Shown one piece after another: positions 1 to 10,295 of a DNA stretch of 64,000 nt. The translations under genes were made by a program, and so were the position numbers. Location: NCBI GenBank assembly GCA_913051775.1, contig CAJXCL010000002.1, forward strand, positions 18,307 through 82,306, read 5' to 3'. Below the pieces are notes generated by a model that saw nothing but the letters and a program-made list of their open reading frames with translations, did no database searches and was not told where the DNA came from. The first letter of the stretch is position 1, and each line of letters opens with the position of its first letter. Origin of the DNA: an uncultured Nitrospirota bacterium (lineage in GTDB: Bacteria > Nitrospinota > Nitrospinia > CAJXCL01).

Positions 1-11
1 GAGCCCTTGAA

Positions 12-2753
12 GTGACCGAGAAAACAGAGAAAGGTGCTTCTCAAGCAGAAGAAATCAAAGAGCAAAAGGAGCAAAAAATTGGTGAAACTCTGGATTCCAT
101 TTCTGAGGCTATTTCAAATATTGCCGAGAAATCTAAAGAAGTTAAGAAAGACAGACAAATTAAAAAACATGTTAAAAAAGAAACCATAACAAGTGATTTT
201 GAACACGTAACAATGGAGTCGAAAGTTCTATCTCTTGCACGAAAAAAACCGAGAAAAATACCACACCCCCGGGTACCAAAAAATATTCAAATTGAAAAAG
301 ATGTTACTTTAAACTTTGAATCGACTGACGTTAAAGATATTATTATCACATTTTGTGATCTATTAAAAATCGATTACATTATAGACCCCGGCATATCCGG
401 TAAAATAACATTACAAACTTTTAAAAAAGCCAAAGTTAAAGATTTATTTAAGATTTTAGAAAAGATACTAATATTGAATAATTTAACAGTGATAAAAACA
501 GGAAAATTTTATCGCTTCATGCCGGTTGAGTCAGCCAAAAAAGAATCGCTAAATATCTTTTTCGGAAAAGATAGCGCCCTTGTTCCATCACGGGACAGAT
601 TAATTATTCAGATAATACCTTTAAAAAACATTTCCACAAGTTCAGTGAAAAGTATTATTGGCCCTTTATTGTCCAAGAATGCCAGCTTTTTAGATATTCC
701 TGAAACCAATAACCTGGTGATTATCGACACTGCCAGTAATATTAAACAGTTGTTAGGTATTATTGAGATAATAGATATAGAAGCTGCTGAAAGTTTGCAG
801 GTAAAGCTTTTCCCTATCAAACATTCTGATGTGAACGAATTCGCAGCAGATATAAAAGAAATTTTTAATGCAATGGGCTATGCCTCAGCGGGACCATCCG
901 GAGATAAACCCAAAGTTGTACCCGGAACTAAACCTGCACCCAAAGCCAAACGTAAAGTTGCACCCAGAGCTAAACCCGGGGCTTCAACCAAGAGTAAACC
1001 CATTGATAGCTTCTCTGTAATAAATTTTCTTCCTATTAAAAAAATAAACTCCTTGTTAGTTATAAATCCGTTTCCAGATATTCTTCCAGACATCAAGTTC
1101 TGGATATCGAAATTAGATAGACCTTTTAAGCTTTTTATAGGAAAGGACAGTACCCTTGTTCCTGATACAAATGAGCAAATTTTACAAATAATACCTTTAA
1201 GTTTCGTTACACCGGGTTCCCTGAAAGATATTATTACCCCTATGATGACCAAGGAGGGAAGTTTATTATCAACTCCTGATCAAAACGGTCTGATTATTAT
1301 TGACTTTGTTAATAATATTAAGTGGATTTTAGAAATCATTAATGTATTAGATATAAACACGCTGGATAAGATACAGGTGAGGCTAATCCTTGTGGAACAT
1401 ACTGATGTGTTCGAAATAGCAAACATATTAACTGAAGTGTTTGATTCATTAGGTTACAAGGCTCAAGACTCGGGCTCTAGTTTGAAATTTGTTCCTGTTG
1501 AAAGATTAAATGCTTTAATAATAATCAATCCTTTTTTAGAACTTCTTCCTAATATCGAGTCCTGGGTTTCAAGATTAGATGCTCCTAGCATGGAGGGCCT
1601 GGAAGAAAAAACTTTTATTTATTACGTTCAAAATACAAAAGCTAGTGACCTGGCGTCGCTTTTATCTACATTATATCAACCAGACCCCTTGACAAGCAGT
1701 AAAGAAGAAATGGACAAAAGGTTTAGAGTAAGCAAAAAAGAGCCTCGAAAAGAAAAAAAAGTAAAAAGCAAAACTAAACCTAAGCCCAAAAAACCGTCAA
1801 TTAGAGTCAAAACCGTTCAGTCAGAAGAAGTCACCGGTAATATTCTTTTTGTCGCAGACTCGTTTACCAACGCAGTTATAATCAAAACCCTTCCCAGGAA
1901 TTATCCTGCAATATTGAAAACTATTGAGCTACTTGATTTAATGCCTTTGCAGGTGATGATTGAAGTGCTGGTATTAGAATTGACTATAGATGACCAAACA
2001 AGGGCAGGGATTGACTGGGCATTTAAAAACGGAGATCTTGCTGTGGGTTCTGCAGCGTCTCAATCTGTTTCCGTTGGAGCAGCTTTAGGGGAATCTGCAA
2101 CAACTATCCTGAGCCAAGGGTTTTCTATCGTTTCGCAAACGAAAAATTTTACCGCTTTGCTCCAGGCATTTGCTGAAGACTCTAAACTAAATGTATTATC
2201 AAATCCAGTTCTTATAACTTCTGAGAACAAACCTGCTTCGATCGACATTGTCAATGATGTTCCGATAGAGAGTTCAACTATCACCACACCCACTGCAGGA
2301 CAACCTTTGACTGAAACAACTGTTCAGTATAGAAGTGTTGGCATTAAGCTAAATATTACTCCTCGTATCAATAAAAACCGTTTTGTTTCGTTAAAAATCA
2401 GTCAGGAATCCAGTAGTGTTAACGAAGCTGCTGTATTCACTCAACCCGCTTTTTCCACACGCAGCACGAATACTAATATAGTTGTTAAAGATAAACAAAC
2501 TCTGGTTATCGGAGGGTTAATGGAAACAACAAAAAGCCATTCTAATGTCGGAGTTCCTATTTTAAAAGATATACCTGTGCTGGGTCGCCTTTTTAAAGCA
2601 AAAGCGGATAGACTGCGTAAATCAGAATTAATAATTTTTATAACTCCTCATGTGATTGCTGATGTTTCCGAAGCTAATCAAGCTACAAAAAGCTTCAGAT
2701 CGAAATTATTAAATATAAAGAAGGACTTTAAATTACAAAAAATAAAAAATTAA
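12..2753 (+). CDS. Outer-membrane secretin, GspD/PilQ family (type II secretion / type IV pilus); 5' end probably outside the window
   Basis: The C-terminal secretin domain (…VGVPILKDIPVLGRLFKAKADRLRKSELIIFITPHVI) and N0/secretin-N-like domains are both visible. One secretin-N module is internally duplicated (FGKDSALVPSRDRLIIQIIPL / IGKDSTLVPDTNEQILQIIPL). The reading frame is open back to nt 1 with no signal peptide, so the gene looks 5'-truncated. Confidence 0.85.
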   Translation: MTEKTEKGASQAEEIKEQKEQKIGETLDSISEAISNIAEKSKEVKKDRQIKKHVKKETITSDFEHVTMESKVLSLARKKPRKIPHPRVPKNIQIEKDVTLNFESTDVKDIIITFCDLLKIDYIIDPGISGKITLQTFKKAKVKDLFKILEKILILNNLTVIKTGKFYRFMPVESAKKESLNIFFGKDSALVPSRDRLIIQIIPLKNISTSSVKSIIGPLLSKNASFLDIPETNNLVIIDTASNIKQLLGIIEIIDIEAAESLQVKLFPIKHSDVNEFAADIKEIFNAMGYASAGPSGDKPKVVPGTKPAPKAKRKVAPRAKPGASTKSKPIDSFSVINFLPIKKINSLLVINPFPDILPDIKFWISKLDRPFKLFIGKDSTLVPDTNEQILQIIPLSFVTPGSLKDIITPMMTKEGSLLSTPDQNGLIIIDFVNNIKWILEIINVLDINTLDKIQVRLILVEHTDVFEIANILTEVFDSLGYKAQDSGSSLKFVPVERLNALIIINPFLELLPNIESWVSRLDAPSMEGLEEKTFIYYVQNTKASDLASLLSTLYQPDPLTSSKEEMDKRFRVSKKEPRKEKKVKSKTKPKPKKPSIRVKTVQSEEVTGNILFVADSFTNAVIIKTLPRNYPAILKTIELLDLMPLQVMIEVLVLELTIDDQTRAGIDWAFKNGDLAVGSAASQSVSVGAALGESATTILSQGFSIVSQTKNFTALLQAFAEDSKLNVLSNPVLITSENKPASIDIVNDVPIESSTITTPTAGQPLTETTVQYRSVGIKLNITPRINKNRFVSLKISQESSSVNEAAVFTQPAFSTRSTNTNIVVKDKQTLVIGGLMETTKSHSNVGVPILKDIPVLGRLFKAKADRLRKSELIIFITPHVIADVSEANQATKSFRSKLLNIKKDFKLQKIKN

Positions 2754-2893
2754 ATTACAATAAAACTCCTGCATGCCTGTACATCATAACCGCAACCAAA
2801 AATGGATTATGCCCCCTTAAATTTCCCCCTTGAAGGTCTAAGGTGGGTATAAACTTCTTCAAAAAAAAGATTCTCAGAGTATAATAGTATATA

Positions 2894-4420
2894 GTGAAAA
2901 AAGATAGAATCGTTATATTTGACACTACCTTAAGAGATGGAGAACAATGTCCCGGAGCCAGTTTAAACACCGGCGAAAAGTTGGAGATTGCACGTCAGCT
3001 TGCGCTTTTAAAAGTTGACGTTATTGAAGCCGGGTTTCCAATTGCCTCACCCGGAGATTTTGAAGCAGTAAGCACTATCGCAAGGGAAGTCAAGGGTTCT
3101 ACTATTGCTGGATTGGCGCGCGCGCTTAAGAAAGATATTGATGCTGCCGCTAAAGCCATCGAAAAAGCCAGAAAACCTCGCATCCATGTCTTTTTAGCTA
3201 CCTCTAAAATCCACAGAGAATTTAAGCTCAAAAAAGCAAAACAGGAGATTCTCAAGCAGGCTATTCAATCGGTAAAATACGCAAAGAAATTTGCCGACGA
3301 TATTGAATTTTCTCCAGAAGATGCCTCCAGAACGGAACAGGAGTTTCTCAATGAGGTGGTGGAAGCTGTTATTGACTCAGGAGCTAACACGGTAAATATC
3401 CCCGATACAGTAGGTTATGCCCTTCCCGGTCCTTTTGGCGAGCTTATTAAAAACATTGTCGATAACGTACCAAATATAAAAAAAGCAATAATAAGCGTCC
3501 ACTGTCACAATGATCTTGGTCTCGCTGTGGCGAATTCCTTGTCTGCGGTTAAAGCCGGAGCGCGCCAGGTAGAGTGTACAATCAATGGGCTCGGGGAAAG
3601 AGCAGGAAATGCTGCTATGGAAGAACTGGTCATGGGCCTTAAAACCAGGAAAGAATATTTTGGTGTAAAAACACAAATCGAGACAAAGCGCTTTGTCGGC
3701 ATCAGTAAGCTGACGGCCAATTTGACCGGACTGCACGTGCAGCGAAATAAAGCGATTGTCGGCGCAAACGCTTTTGCCCATGAAGCCGGTATTCATCAGC
3801 ATGGTATTTTATCTAAAAGAAACACTTATGAAATTATGAACCCTAAAGACGTGGGGTGGGAGAAATCCAACCTCGTGATGGGTAAACATTCCGGACGACA
3901 TGCTTTTTTATCACGGGTGAAAGAAATGGGATTTAAATTGTCAAAAGAAAAACTAAACACTGCCTTTGAACGATTTAAAATTCTTGCTGATGAAAAAAAA
4001 GAAATTTATGATGAAGACTTACTCGCAATCATAGAAGACCAGTTAGGCAAAGAAGAAATCCAATACTTCTCCCTTGAAAAATTCAAGATACTGGTAGATA
4101 CAGAGACCACACCAGAAGCGAATGTTACTTTAAAGTTTTATGATGGAAAAATCAAAAGCTCCAGAGCTTCCGGTGACGGGCCGGTGGATGCTACTTTAAA
4201 CGCCATTGATAAAATTACAAAGCTGAGGTGCCGTTTGTCCGATTATGAAATCCGCGCTGTAACAAAGGGAAGGGACGCGTTAGGAGAAGTGAGCCTCCAG
4301 GTAGAGTATAAAAAGCAAAAGGTACGAGGAAAGGCTGCAGGAACGAATATTATAGAGGCAAGCGCACGTGCTTATATCAGCGCGGTCAACCACCTCGTCA
4401 AAAAACAGCAGGAAGCATAA
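2894..4420 (+). CDS. leuA: 2-isopropylmalate synthase / citramalate synthase family (LeuA-like, short bacterial form)
   Basis: N-terminal IFDTTLRDGEQ motif, the HxH metal motif VHCHNDLGLAVANS, and a C-terminal LeuA regulatory/dimerisation domain. GTG start. Confidence 0.75.
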   Translation: MKKDRIVIFDTTLRDGEQCPGASLNTGEKLEIARQLALLKVDVIEAGFPIASPGDFEAVSTIAREVKGSTIAGLARALKKDIDAAAKAIEKARKPRIHVFLATSKIHREFKLKKAKQEILKQAIQSVKYAKKFADDIEFSPEDASRTEQEFLNEVVEAVIDSGANTVNIPDTVGYALPGPFGELIKNIVDNVPNIKKAIISVHCHNDLGLAVANSLSAVKAGARQVECTINGLGERAGNAAMEELVMGLKTRKEYFGVKTQIETKRFVGISKLTANLTGLHVQRNKAIVGANAFAHEAGIHQHGILSKRNTYEIMNPKDVGWEKSNLVMGKHSGRHAFLSRVKEMGFKLSKEKLNTAFERFKILADEKKEIYDEDLLAIIEDQLGKEEIQYFSLEKFKILVDTETTPEANVTLKFYDGKIKSSRASGDGPVDATLNAIDKITKLRCRLSDYEIRAVTKGRDALGEVSLQVEYKKQKVRGKAAGTNIIEASARAYISAVNHLVKKQQEA

Positions 4421-4640
4421 ACGTGCTTTAGAAACTGTACCTACCCAAAAGGTAATCTATTTGGACTGTTGCTATTCTTTTCTCTTTAATTTTTTCAACC
4501 AGTATATCAGATAAGACATAGAACCTCTGCACTGCAAACTTGTAAAATTGTGTTTCCACATTTGGATACCCGACGTGGTGTCCCATTTTAGCAAAGCTGA
4601 GTTTAGCTCTGTACAATTTTTATTAGTAAACTGGCGGCAG

Positions 4641-4765
4641 CTGTATTTGATTTCGGCAGAGCTTAGCTCAAAGCCAAGCTTAGCTTCGTAGCTCTGCCAT
4701 CCTCGGCCTCAATCCTTCGGGTGGCTTTCCTGCAAAATTGCGGTTGTGGTCCTGCCACTCTGCGA
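4641..4765 (+). repeat. REP-like structured intergenic element, family A, copy A
   Basis: Shared blocks atttgatttcgg, cctcaa(c/t)ccttcggg(c/t)gg (a CCC-UUCG-GGG hairpin), aattg(c/t)gg and ctctgcg. Located between leuA and the ammonia-lyase gene. Confidence 0.7.
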
Positions 4766-4889
4766 TATCAGCGCTCTTTGCGGTGGTTAATATCGACTCT
4801 TTTATCAAATCTTCCAAAGGCTTTCTCTCCGGATTTATGATAAAATTTAATCAGATTACCATCTTTTATTGTTCAGCCGGGAACATGCC

Positions 4890-6404
4890 ATGACTGAAAA
4901 ATTTCAATATGGTCTGGATCAACTGACCATCACTAAAGCGCTTCAAATTGCAAGGGATGAACTGCAGGGAATTCTAACAGATAAAGCCATATCCAATGTA
5001 TCCAAAAGTTATGATGCGGTTCAAAAAATCGCTGAAGGAGAAAAACTTGTCTATGGCATCAATACCGGACTTGGGTCTTTATGTACCAGGAAAATTTCTA
5101 AAAAAGATATCAGAACACTCCAGGAAAACCTGTTAAAAAGTCATAGTGTCGGGGTGGGAGAACCTGTTGCAAATGAACTCGCAAAACTAATGCTGATCCT
5201 GAAAGTTCATACTCTCTGCTTTGGCTATTCAGGAATTTCTCTGAAAGTCGTCGAAAGAATCTGCTGGCATCTTGAACACAACTGTATCCCTCCGGTTCCC
5301 GCCCAGGGTTCCGTTGGGGCTTCAGGTGACCTGGCTCCTTTAGCCCACCTTTTTCTCCCTTTGATTGGCTTAGGTATGCTCTCTGAAGACAGCAAAAGCT
5401 ATCGTCCCACTTCTGATGTTTTGAAAATGCATCAACTTTCACCTTTAAAACTGGGACCCAAGGAGGGGGTTGCTTTAATTAATGGAACCCAGTTTATTTC
5501 GGCACATGCGATTGCAGTTTCCGAAAAGTTTGCTCGTTGCCTGGATTATTCGGACCTTATTGGAGCACTCAGCCTGGAAGCCATGCTGGAATCTCATCAA
5601 CCCTTTGCTGAAAAACTCCATCAGCTTCGGCCTCACCCCGGAGCACTAACCGTTGCCAAACGAATGAGAACCATCCTAAAAGGATCTCAGGTTGTTAAAT
5701 CACATGAACATTGCGGACGGGTTCAAGACCCATATTCGGTTCGGTGCATCCCCCAGGTGCATGGCGCCTCCAGGGACACTCTTCATCATCTTAATAAAAA
5801 ACTGGTGTGTGAACTTAACTCTGTTACCGATAATCCTGTTATCTTCAATGCTGAAGATACGATAAGTGGTGGAAATTTTCATGGTCAGCCTCTTGCCATG
5901 CCGTTGGACTACGCCAGCTTGGCAGCTTCAGAACTGGGCAGTATTTCCGAACGACGCACCTACCTTCTTCTTGGGGGAGATGCGGGTCTTCCAACATATC
6001 TGATAAAAGAGTCCGGGCTCAATTCAGGTTTTATGATTACCCAATACTGTGCTGCCGCCCTGGTCAGTGAAAATAAATCGAACTGTTTTCCAGCTAGTGC
6101 GGACAGTATTCCAACATCTATGGGGCAGGAGGATCACGTAAGCATGGGATCGATCAGTGGACGAAAAGCCCTGACCATTGTGAAGAACCTGGAGAAAATT
6201 CTTGCGATTGAACTATTATGCTCAGCTCAAGCTTTTGATTTTAGAAGACCGGTTCAATCCAGTGAAATCCTTGAAAGGTTTCACTCTTCAATCCGAAAAA
6301 AAATACCTCATTTAAAAGAAGATACAGTAATGTCCGACTATATTGAAACGGCAACGAAATTCATTTCAAATGATGATTTGCTGAAAGCAACTATGAAGAC
6401 TTGA
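4890..6404 (+). CDS. hutH: Histidine/aromatic amino-acid ammonia-lyase (MIO-dependent, HutH family)
   Basis: GSVGASGDLAPLAHL, containing the Ala-Ser-Gly triad that forms the MIO cofactor. About 505 aa, typical HAL length. ATG at 4890 is preferred over the upstream TTG at 4869. Confidence 0.7.
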   Translation: MTEKFQYGLDQLTITKALQIARDELQGILTDKAISNVSKSYDAVQKIAEGEKLVYGINTGLGSLCTRKISKKDIRTLQENLLKSHSVGVGEPVANELAKLMLILKVHTLCFGYSGISLKVVERICWHLEHNCIPPVPAQGSVGASGDLAPLAHLFLPLIGLGMLSEDSKSYRPTSDVLKMHQLSPLKLGPKEGVALINGTQFISAHAIAVSEKFARCLDYSDLIGALSLEAMLESHQPFAEKLHQLRPHPGALTVAKRMRTILKGSQVVKSHEHCGRVQDPYSVRCIPQVHGASRDTLHHLNKKLVCELNSVTDNPVIFNAEDTISGGNFHGQPLAMPLDYASLAASELGSISERRTYLLLGGDAGLPTYLIKESGLNSGFMITQYCAAALVSENKSNCFPASADSIPTSMGQEDHVSMGSISGRKALTIVKNLEKILAIELLCSAQAFDFRRPVQSSEILERFHSSIRKKIPHLKEDTVMSDYIETATKFISNDDLLKATMKT

Positions 6405-6545
6405 ATTCGCTGATTTTTACGGACAAACATAATTTTATCCGCTATAATCCACATCGTCCGTAAGATCTGTGTTATATCTTTTGGTTTGTAGGAGTAGTTG
6501 AGTTTCCTATTTTTTTCTGACATATGCTATCCTTAGTTTAAAAAC

Positions 6546-7562
6546 ATGAACACTGCAAAACAAAATTATCAAATCATCAAGGAGTTGGAATCTAAAGCGA
6601 TAGAAAACCGACCGCTTGATAATGCAGAAGCTGTTTTTCTGTCCAACTTGAATGACCAGGATACTTTTGACTTAATTGCTTCTGCTAACCGAATCAGGGA
6701 AAAATTTAAAGGGAATAAAATCAGTCTTTGTTCCATTGTAAACGCAAAGTCAGGAAGGTGTCCGGAAGACTGTGTATTTTGTTCCCAATCTATCCATTTT
6801 AAAACAAACATTGATGAATACCCTTTGATAAAAAGTGAAGAGATGCTTCAAAAGGCTGAAGAAGCCTTAAGCCATGGAGCTCAGAAGTTTGGTATAGTTA
6901 CAAGCGGCAGGAGACTTAGCACAGAGCAGGAATTAAATGAAATCTGCAAAACCATTAAGAAACTTAAAGAAGAAGGTAAAATCCACCGTTGCGCTTCACT
7001 CGGAATATTAGGCCGTGACGAATTAATAAAACTAAAAGAAGCGGGTCTTGAAGAGTATCATCATAATCTCGAAACTGCCCGTAGTTATTTTCCGAAAATT
7101 TGTACAACACATGACTATGAAGAAGATGTTGAGACAGTAAAAATAGCAAAATCTATTGGCCTGAGATCCTGCTGCGGGGGGATTTTCGGCTTAGGCGAAC
7201 ATCCTGAGCAGCGAATTGAATTAGCTTTTACATTAAAAGAATTAGACGTCGATTCTGTACCGATAAATTTTTTGCATCCCATTAAGGGAACCGGGGCAGA
7301 AAACCTTCCTCCATTAAAGCCACTTGAGATTCTAAAGATCATTGCCATTTATCGTTTTCTACTCCCTGCAAAGGACATAAAAATTGCGGGGGGAAGAGAA
7401 CACAACCTGAGAGATTTCCAATCAATGATATTCGCCGCCGGAGCAAATTCCACCATGGTAGGGAATTACCTGACCACCAAAGGCAGGGATTTTCAAGACG
7501 ATTTACAGATGATCAAAGACATGGGCTTAGAGCCGGTCTCCAATGGATTTAATATCCCTTAA
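6546..7562 (+). CDS. bioB: Biotin synthase (radical SAM)
   Basis: GRCPEDCVFCSQS (CxxxCxxC plus QS, as in E. coli BioB), YHHNLETA (the YNHNLDT motif), CCGGIFGLGE and PINFLHPIKGT, all matching BioB. Confidence 0.75.
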   Translation: MNTAKQNYQIIKELESKAIENRPLDNAEAVFLSNLNDQDTFDLIASANRIREKFKGNKISLCSIVNAKSGRCPEDCVFCSQSIHFKTNIDEYPLIKSEEMLQKAEEALSHGAQKFGIVTSGRRLSTEQELNEICKTIKKLKEEGKIHRCASLGILGRDELIKLKEAGLEEYHHNLETARSYFPKICTTHDYEEDVETVKIAKSIGLRSCCGGIFGLGEHPEQRIELAFTLKELDVDSVPINFLHPIKGTGAENLPPLKPLEILKIIAIYRFLLPAKDIKIAGGREHNLRDFQSMIFAAGANSTMVGNYLTTKGRDFQDDLQMIKDMGLEPVSNGFNIP

Positions 7563-7865
7563 AGGCCCCTCAGACATTAGAGTGGCTCCGAAGGTGTAAT
7601 ACTGACTGCTGAAAGCTGAGTACTGATCGTTGAGGTATGTTATTCTCCCTGGTCTTACCTGCCTGTGTTAATTCGTACCCCTAGGTTGCAGAATTGCAAA
7701 ATAGCACCCTAAAAGAGAGATAGAAAAGAGTAAAAAAAGAAAAGGAGGAGTGCGTTTAAAAAAAATTTTAGAGGTCAAAAAAAATACCGTGAATTTTAAA
7801 AACTGATCTCCAATCCTCACAGGAATAGAATTTTTAAAATTCTATATCGGGATTTGGGTTTAAAA

Positions 7866-7894
7866 TTGACATTGATATTTCGATATGATTAAAT
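7866..7894 (+). promoter_or_regulatory. Candidate promoter for the atp operon
   Basis: TTGACA, then 17 nt (ttgatatttcgatatga), then TTAAAT, about 55 nt upstream of the atpZ-like start. A 12-bp perfect inverted repeat, gaattttaaaaa…tttttaaaattc, lies about 60 nt further upstream. Confidence 0.4.
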
Positions 7895-7950
7895 TATAAC
7901 TTTTTATGTTTAAAAAAGTTTGCTTTTTTTCGGCTTAATAGCCCTATATA

Positions 7951-8196
7951 ATGGTATTCAAAAAATATGGCTCTGATTCTATAAAGATGCTGCGAGATTT
8001 TGCTTCTGTCGGCAGTTTCGGTTTTCTTATGGCAGGGGCTATTCTTTTTGGATATTTTGCCGGAAATTTTTTAGATGATTATTTTGGCACTTCCCCTATA
8101 TTTCTTATCCTTTTTCTTGTTTTAGGCATTGTTGGCGGGTTTATGGAATATCTAAAGATTATAAAAAAAGTAATAAAAGATAAAAACAAAACATGA
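7951..8196 (+). CDS. AtpZ/Atp1-like small two-TM membrane protein at the head of the atp operon
   Basis: 81 aa with two hydrophobic helices, positioned immediately upstream of atpI. Resembles the PF09527 'ATPase gene1' family. Confidence 0.5.
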   Translation: MVFKKYGSDSIKMLRDFASVGSFGFLMAGAILFGYFAGNFLDDYFGTSPIFLILFLVLGIVGGFMEYLKIIKKVIKDKNKT

Positions 8197-8672
8197 TACC
8201 TATAAAAAAAATGAACATTTTAAAAATTGATGAAGGATTACCACGAAGGGTTCTTCATACATCTTTAATAGTGGCCGCCCTCGTTCTCTTAATTTCTATT
8301 TCAAACTGGTCTTTTGACGTCACTCTCGGGCTCGCTGTTGGAATGGGGATAAGTACTGTTTTTTTTATGATTTTGTGCAACAGCGTGAAATCCCTTGCGA
8401 TAATTGAAAAAAACAAAAGAATGCCCTTTTTTGTGATCGTTGCCATTTTGAAATTTATTGTTTTGAGCATAGCGCTATTTCTTGTTTTTGAGCATCTGTC
8501 TATTAGTTATCTCGCTCTCTTAATTGGGATTGGGTTAGCGCAGTCTATTGTTTTTTTGAAATTAATAGGAATGGGATTGGTTAATTTTATGAACAGAACG
8601 AACCAAATCGAAAACAAAGAAATTTCAAATACCAAGCTCCAAGTGACAAATAAAAAACAATATTCAATATAA
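8193..8672 (+). CDS. atpI: ATP synthase protein I (AtpI)-like membrane protein
   Basis: 159 aa, four predicted TM helices, located between the atpZ-like gene and atpB. Start codon overlaps the upstream stop. Confidence 0.5.
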   Translation: MIPIKKMNILKIDEGLPRRVLHTSLIVAALVLLISISNWSFDVTLGLAVGMGISTVFFMILCNSVKSLAIIEKNKRMPFFVIVAILKFIVLSIALFLVFEHLSISYLALLIGIGLAQSIVFLKLIGMGLVNFMNRTNQIENKEISNTKLQVTNKKQYSI

Positions 8673-8805
8673 AAATTTAAACAACCCTTCGACAAAGACT
8701 GTCCTGAGTTTATCGAAGGGATCAGGGTGACAGAGACTGTCATGGTGAGCCTGTCGAACCATGAATTTGTAATTTGTTTTTTTCATTACTTTTTAGAGAT
8801 ATTTT

Positions 8806-9561
8806 ATGGCAGTGGAACACGAAGCGGTAAATAAAGCAACAAAAACCAGCTTAGAGCTTCCTTCTTTCATGGATTTACTGGGGGACCTGCACCATGAAGT
8901 TTTTGGGATTTCCCTGCATCACTGGGTTCCTATTATTATGTCTTTGATAGTAGCGTCAATATTAGTGGCTGTCACGTATTACACTACTAAGGATTTAAAG
9001 AAAATTCCTCAAGGGATGCAGGCTTTCCTCGAAGTTGTTATAGAAGGAATGCAGGGTTTTTTTGGGGATATATTGGGATCCGGCGCTTCTGTTTTTTTAC
9101 CGTTTGTCGGCAGTCTTTTTATTTATATATATCTAATGAACATAATGGGCTTTATACCGTTCTTTCATGCCCCTACCAGCAGCCCAAATACAACAATTGC
9201 TCTCGCGGTGATTGTTTTTTTTATTACCCATTATGTTGGAATAACCAGAAATGGAGTTGTTGGATATCTAAAACATTTTGTGGGAGAACCTATATGGATG
9301 GCGCCCCTTCTTTTTCCCATTCATATTATAGGGGAATTAGCGCGGCCGCTTTCTCTTTCCATGAGACTTTTTGGGAATATTATGGGAGAAGATACAGCCA
9401 TTGCTATCTTAGTAGGGCTGGGAGTTTCATTATATTTTATACCTATCCAGTTTCCGATATTGCTGCTGGGCCTCTTGACAACTCTAATTCAGGCAGTAGT
9501 GTTTACAGTTCTGTCCAGCGTCTATATAGGAGGTGCTGTCGGTCATCATGATGAACATTAA
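8806..9561 (+). CDS. atpB: F-type ATP synthase Fo subunit a
   Basis: Contains LSLSMRLFGNIMGE with the essential Arg. Polytopic membrane protein. Confidence 0.9.
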   Translation: MAVEHEAVNKATKTSLELPSFMDLLGDLHHEVFGISLHHWVPIIMSLIVASILVAVTYYTTKDLKKIPQGMQAFLEVVIEGMQGFFGDILGSGASVFLPFVGSLFIYIYLMNIMGFIPFFHAPTSSPNTTIALAVIVFFITHYVGITRNGVVGYLKHFVGEPIWMAPLLFPIHIIGELARPLSLSMRLFGNIMGEDTAIAILVGLGVSLYFIPIQFPILLLGLLTTLIQAVVFTVLSSVYIGGAVGHHDEH

Positions 9562-9648
9562 ATCATTTGTCAAAGGTGAAGGGGAAAAAAGATTATTGTA
9601 GGAACTATTAACCAACAACTAAATAACTAATAAAAAGGAGGTGTTACT

Positions 9649-9912
9649 ATGCTTTATTTTGCTCTATTAGCCATTGCAACTTCTGTGGGGTTGGGAATTG
9701 CCGCTTTCGGGTGTGGAATAGGAGCGGGAAACGCAATTTCAGGCGCCCTGGCAGGTATGGCAAGGCAGCCGGAATTAACCGGTAAACTTCAGGTTACTAT
9801 GATTATAGGTCTGGCAATTATTGAATCGCTGACTATTTATTGCCTGGTTATTGCTTTCATGCTTTTCGCAAAACTACCGGCAACAGATCAGATGTTGGGT
9901 TTAATAAAATAA
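9649..9912 (+). CDS. atpE: F-type ATP synthase Fo subunit c
   Basis: GxGxGxG helix-1 motif, the MARQPE loop and the helix-2 carboxylate E59 in IIESLTIY. A strong RBS (aaaaggagg) lies upstream. Confidence 0.9.
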   Translation: MLYFALLAIATSVGLGIAAFGCGIGAGNAISGALAGMARQPELTGKLQVTMIIGLAIIESLTIYCLVIAFMLFAKLPATDQMLGLIK

Positions 9913-10167
9913 TTGGGAAAGCTTTCAGCCAAAACAGGGTAGAGACAGTGGCAGACGTTAGATGGCAAGTGTTAGTTTTTTTCTAATCCTTGAAACTATC
10001 AGTTTTTTTAACTTTGTTGTTTAGCGGCCTGAACTTTCACGACCATACAAGAAGTTATACTATTACACTGCAAAACTCGCTTTTTTTAGGCGCTGTTAGT
10101 TCTTGTTTTTTGCAGCACCTTATGCAAAACTTGAAAGTTTTTTCTCTTCTAAACCGGGGCGAAAGCC

Positions 10168-10295
10168 CTATTTGATTATCGGCAAAGCTGAGATTAGCTC
10201 TGCCAGCAGTGGCCTCAACCCTTTGGGTGGCTTTCCTTGGGGAACCGTCCAATTCGGTTTTCCTTACCGAATTGTGGATACGGCAGCTTGCCTCT
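10168..10295 (+). repeat. REP-like element family A, copy B, inside the atp operon between atpE and atpF
   Basis: tatttgatt…cctcaaccctttgggtgg…ccgtccaattcggttttccttaccgaattgtgg (caattcgg/ccgaattg 8-bp stem)…cggcagcttgcctc. Confidence 0.7.
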
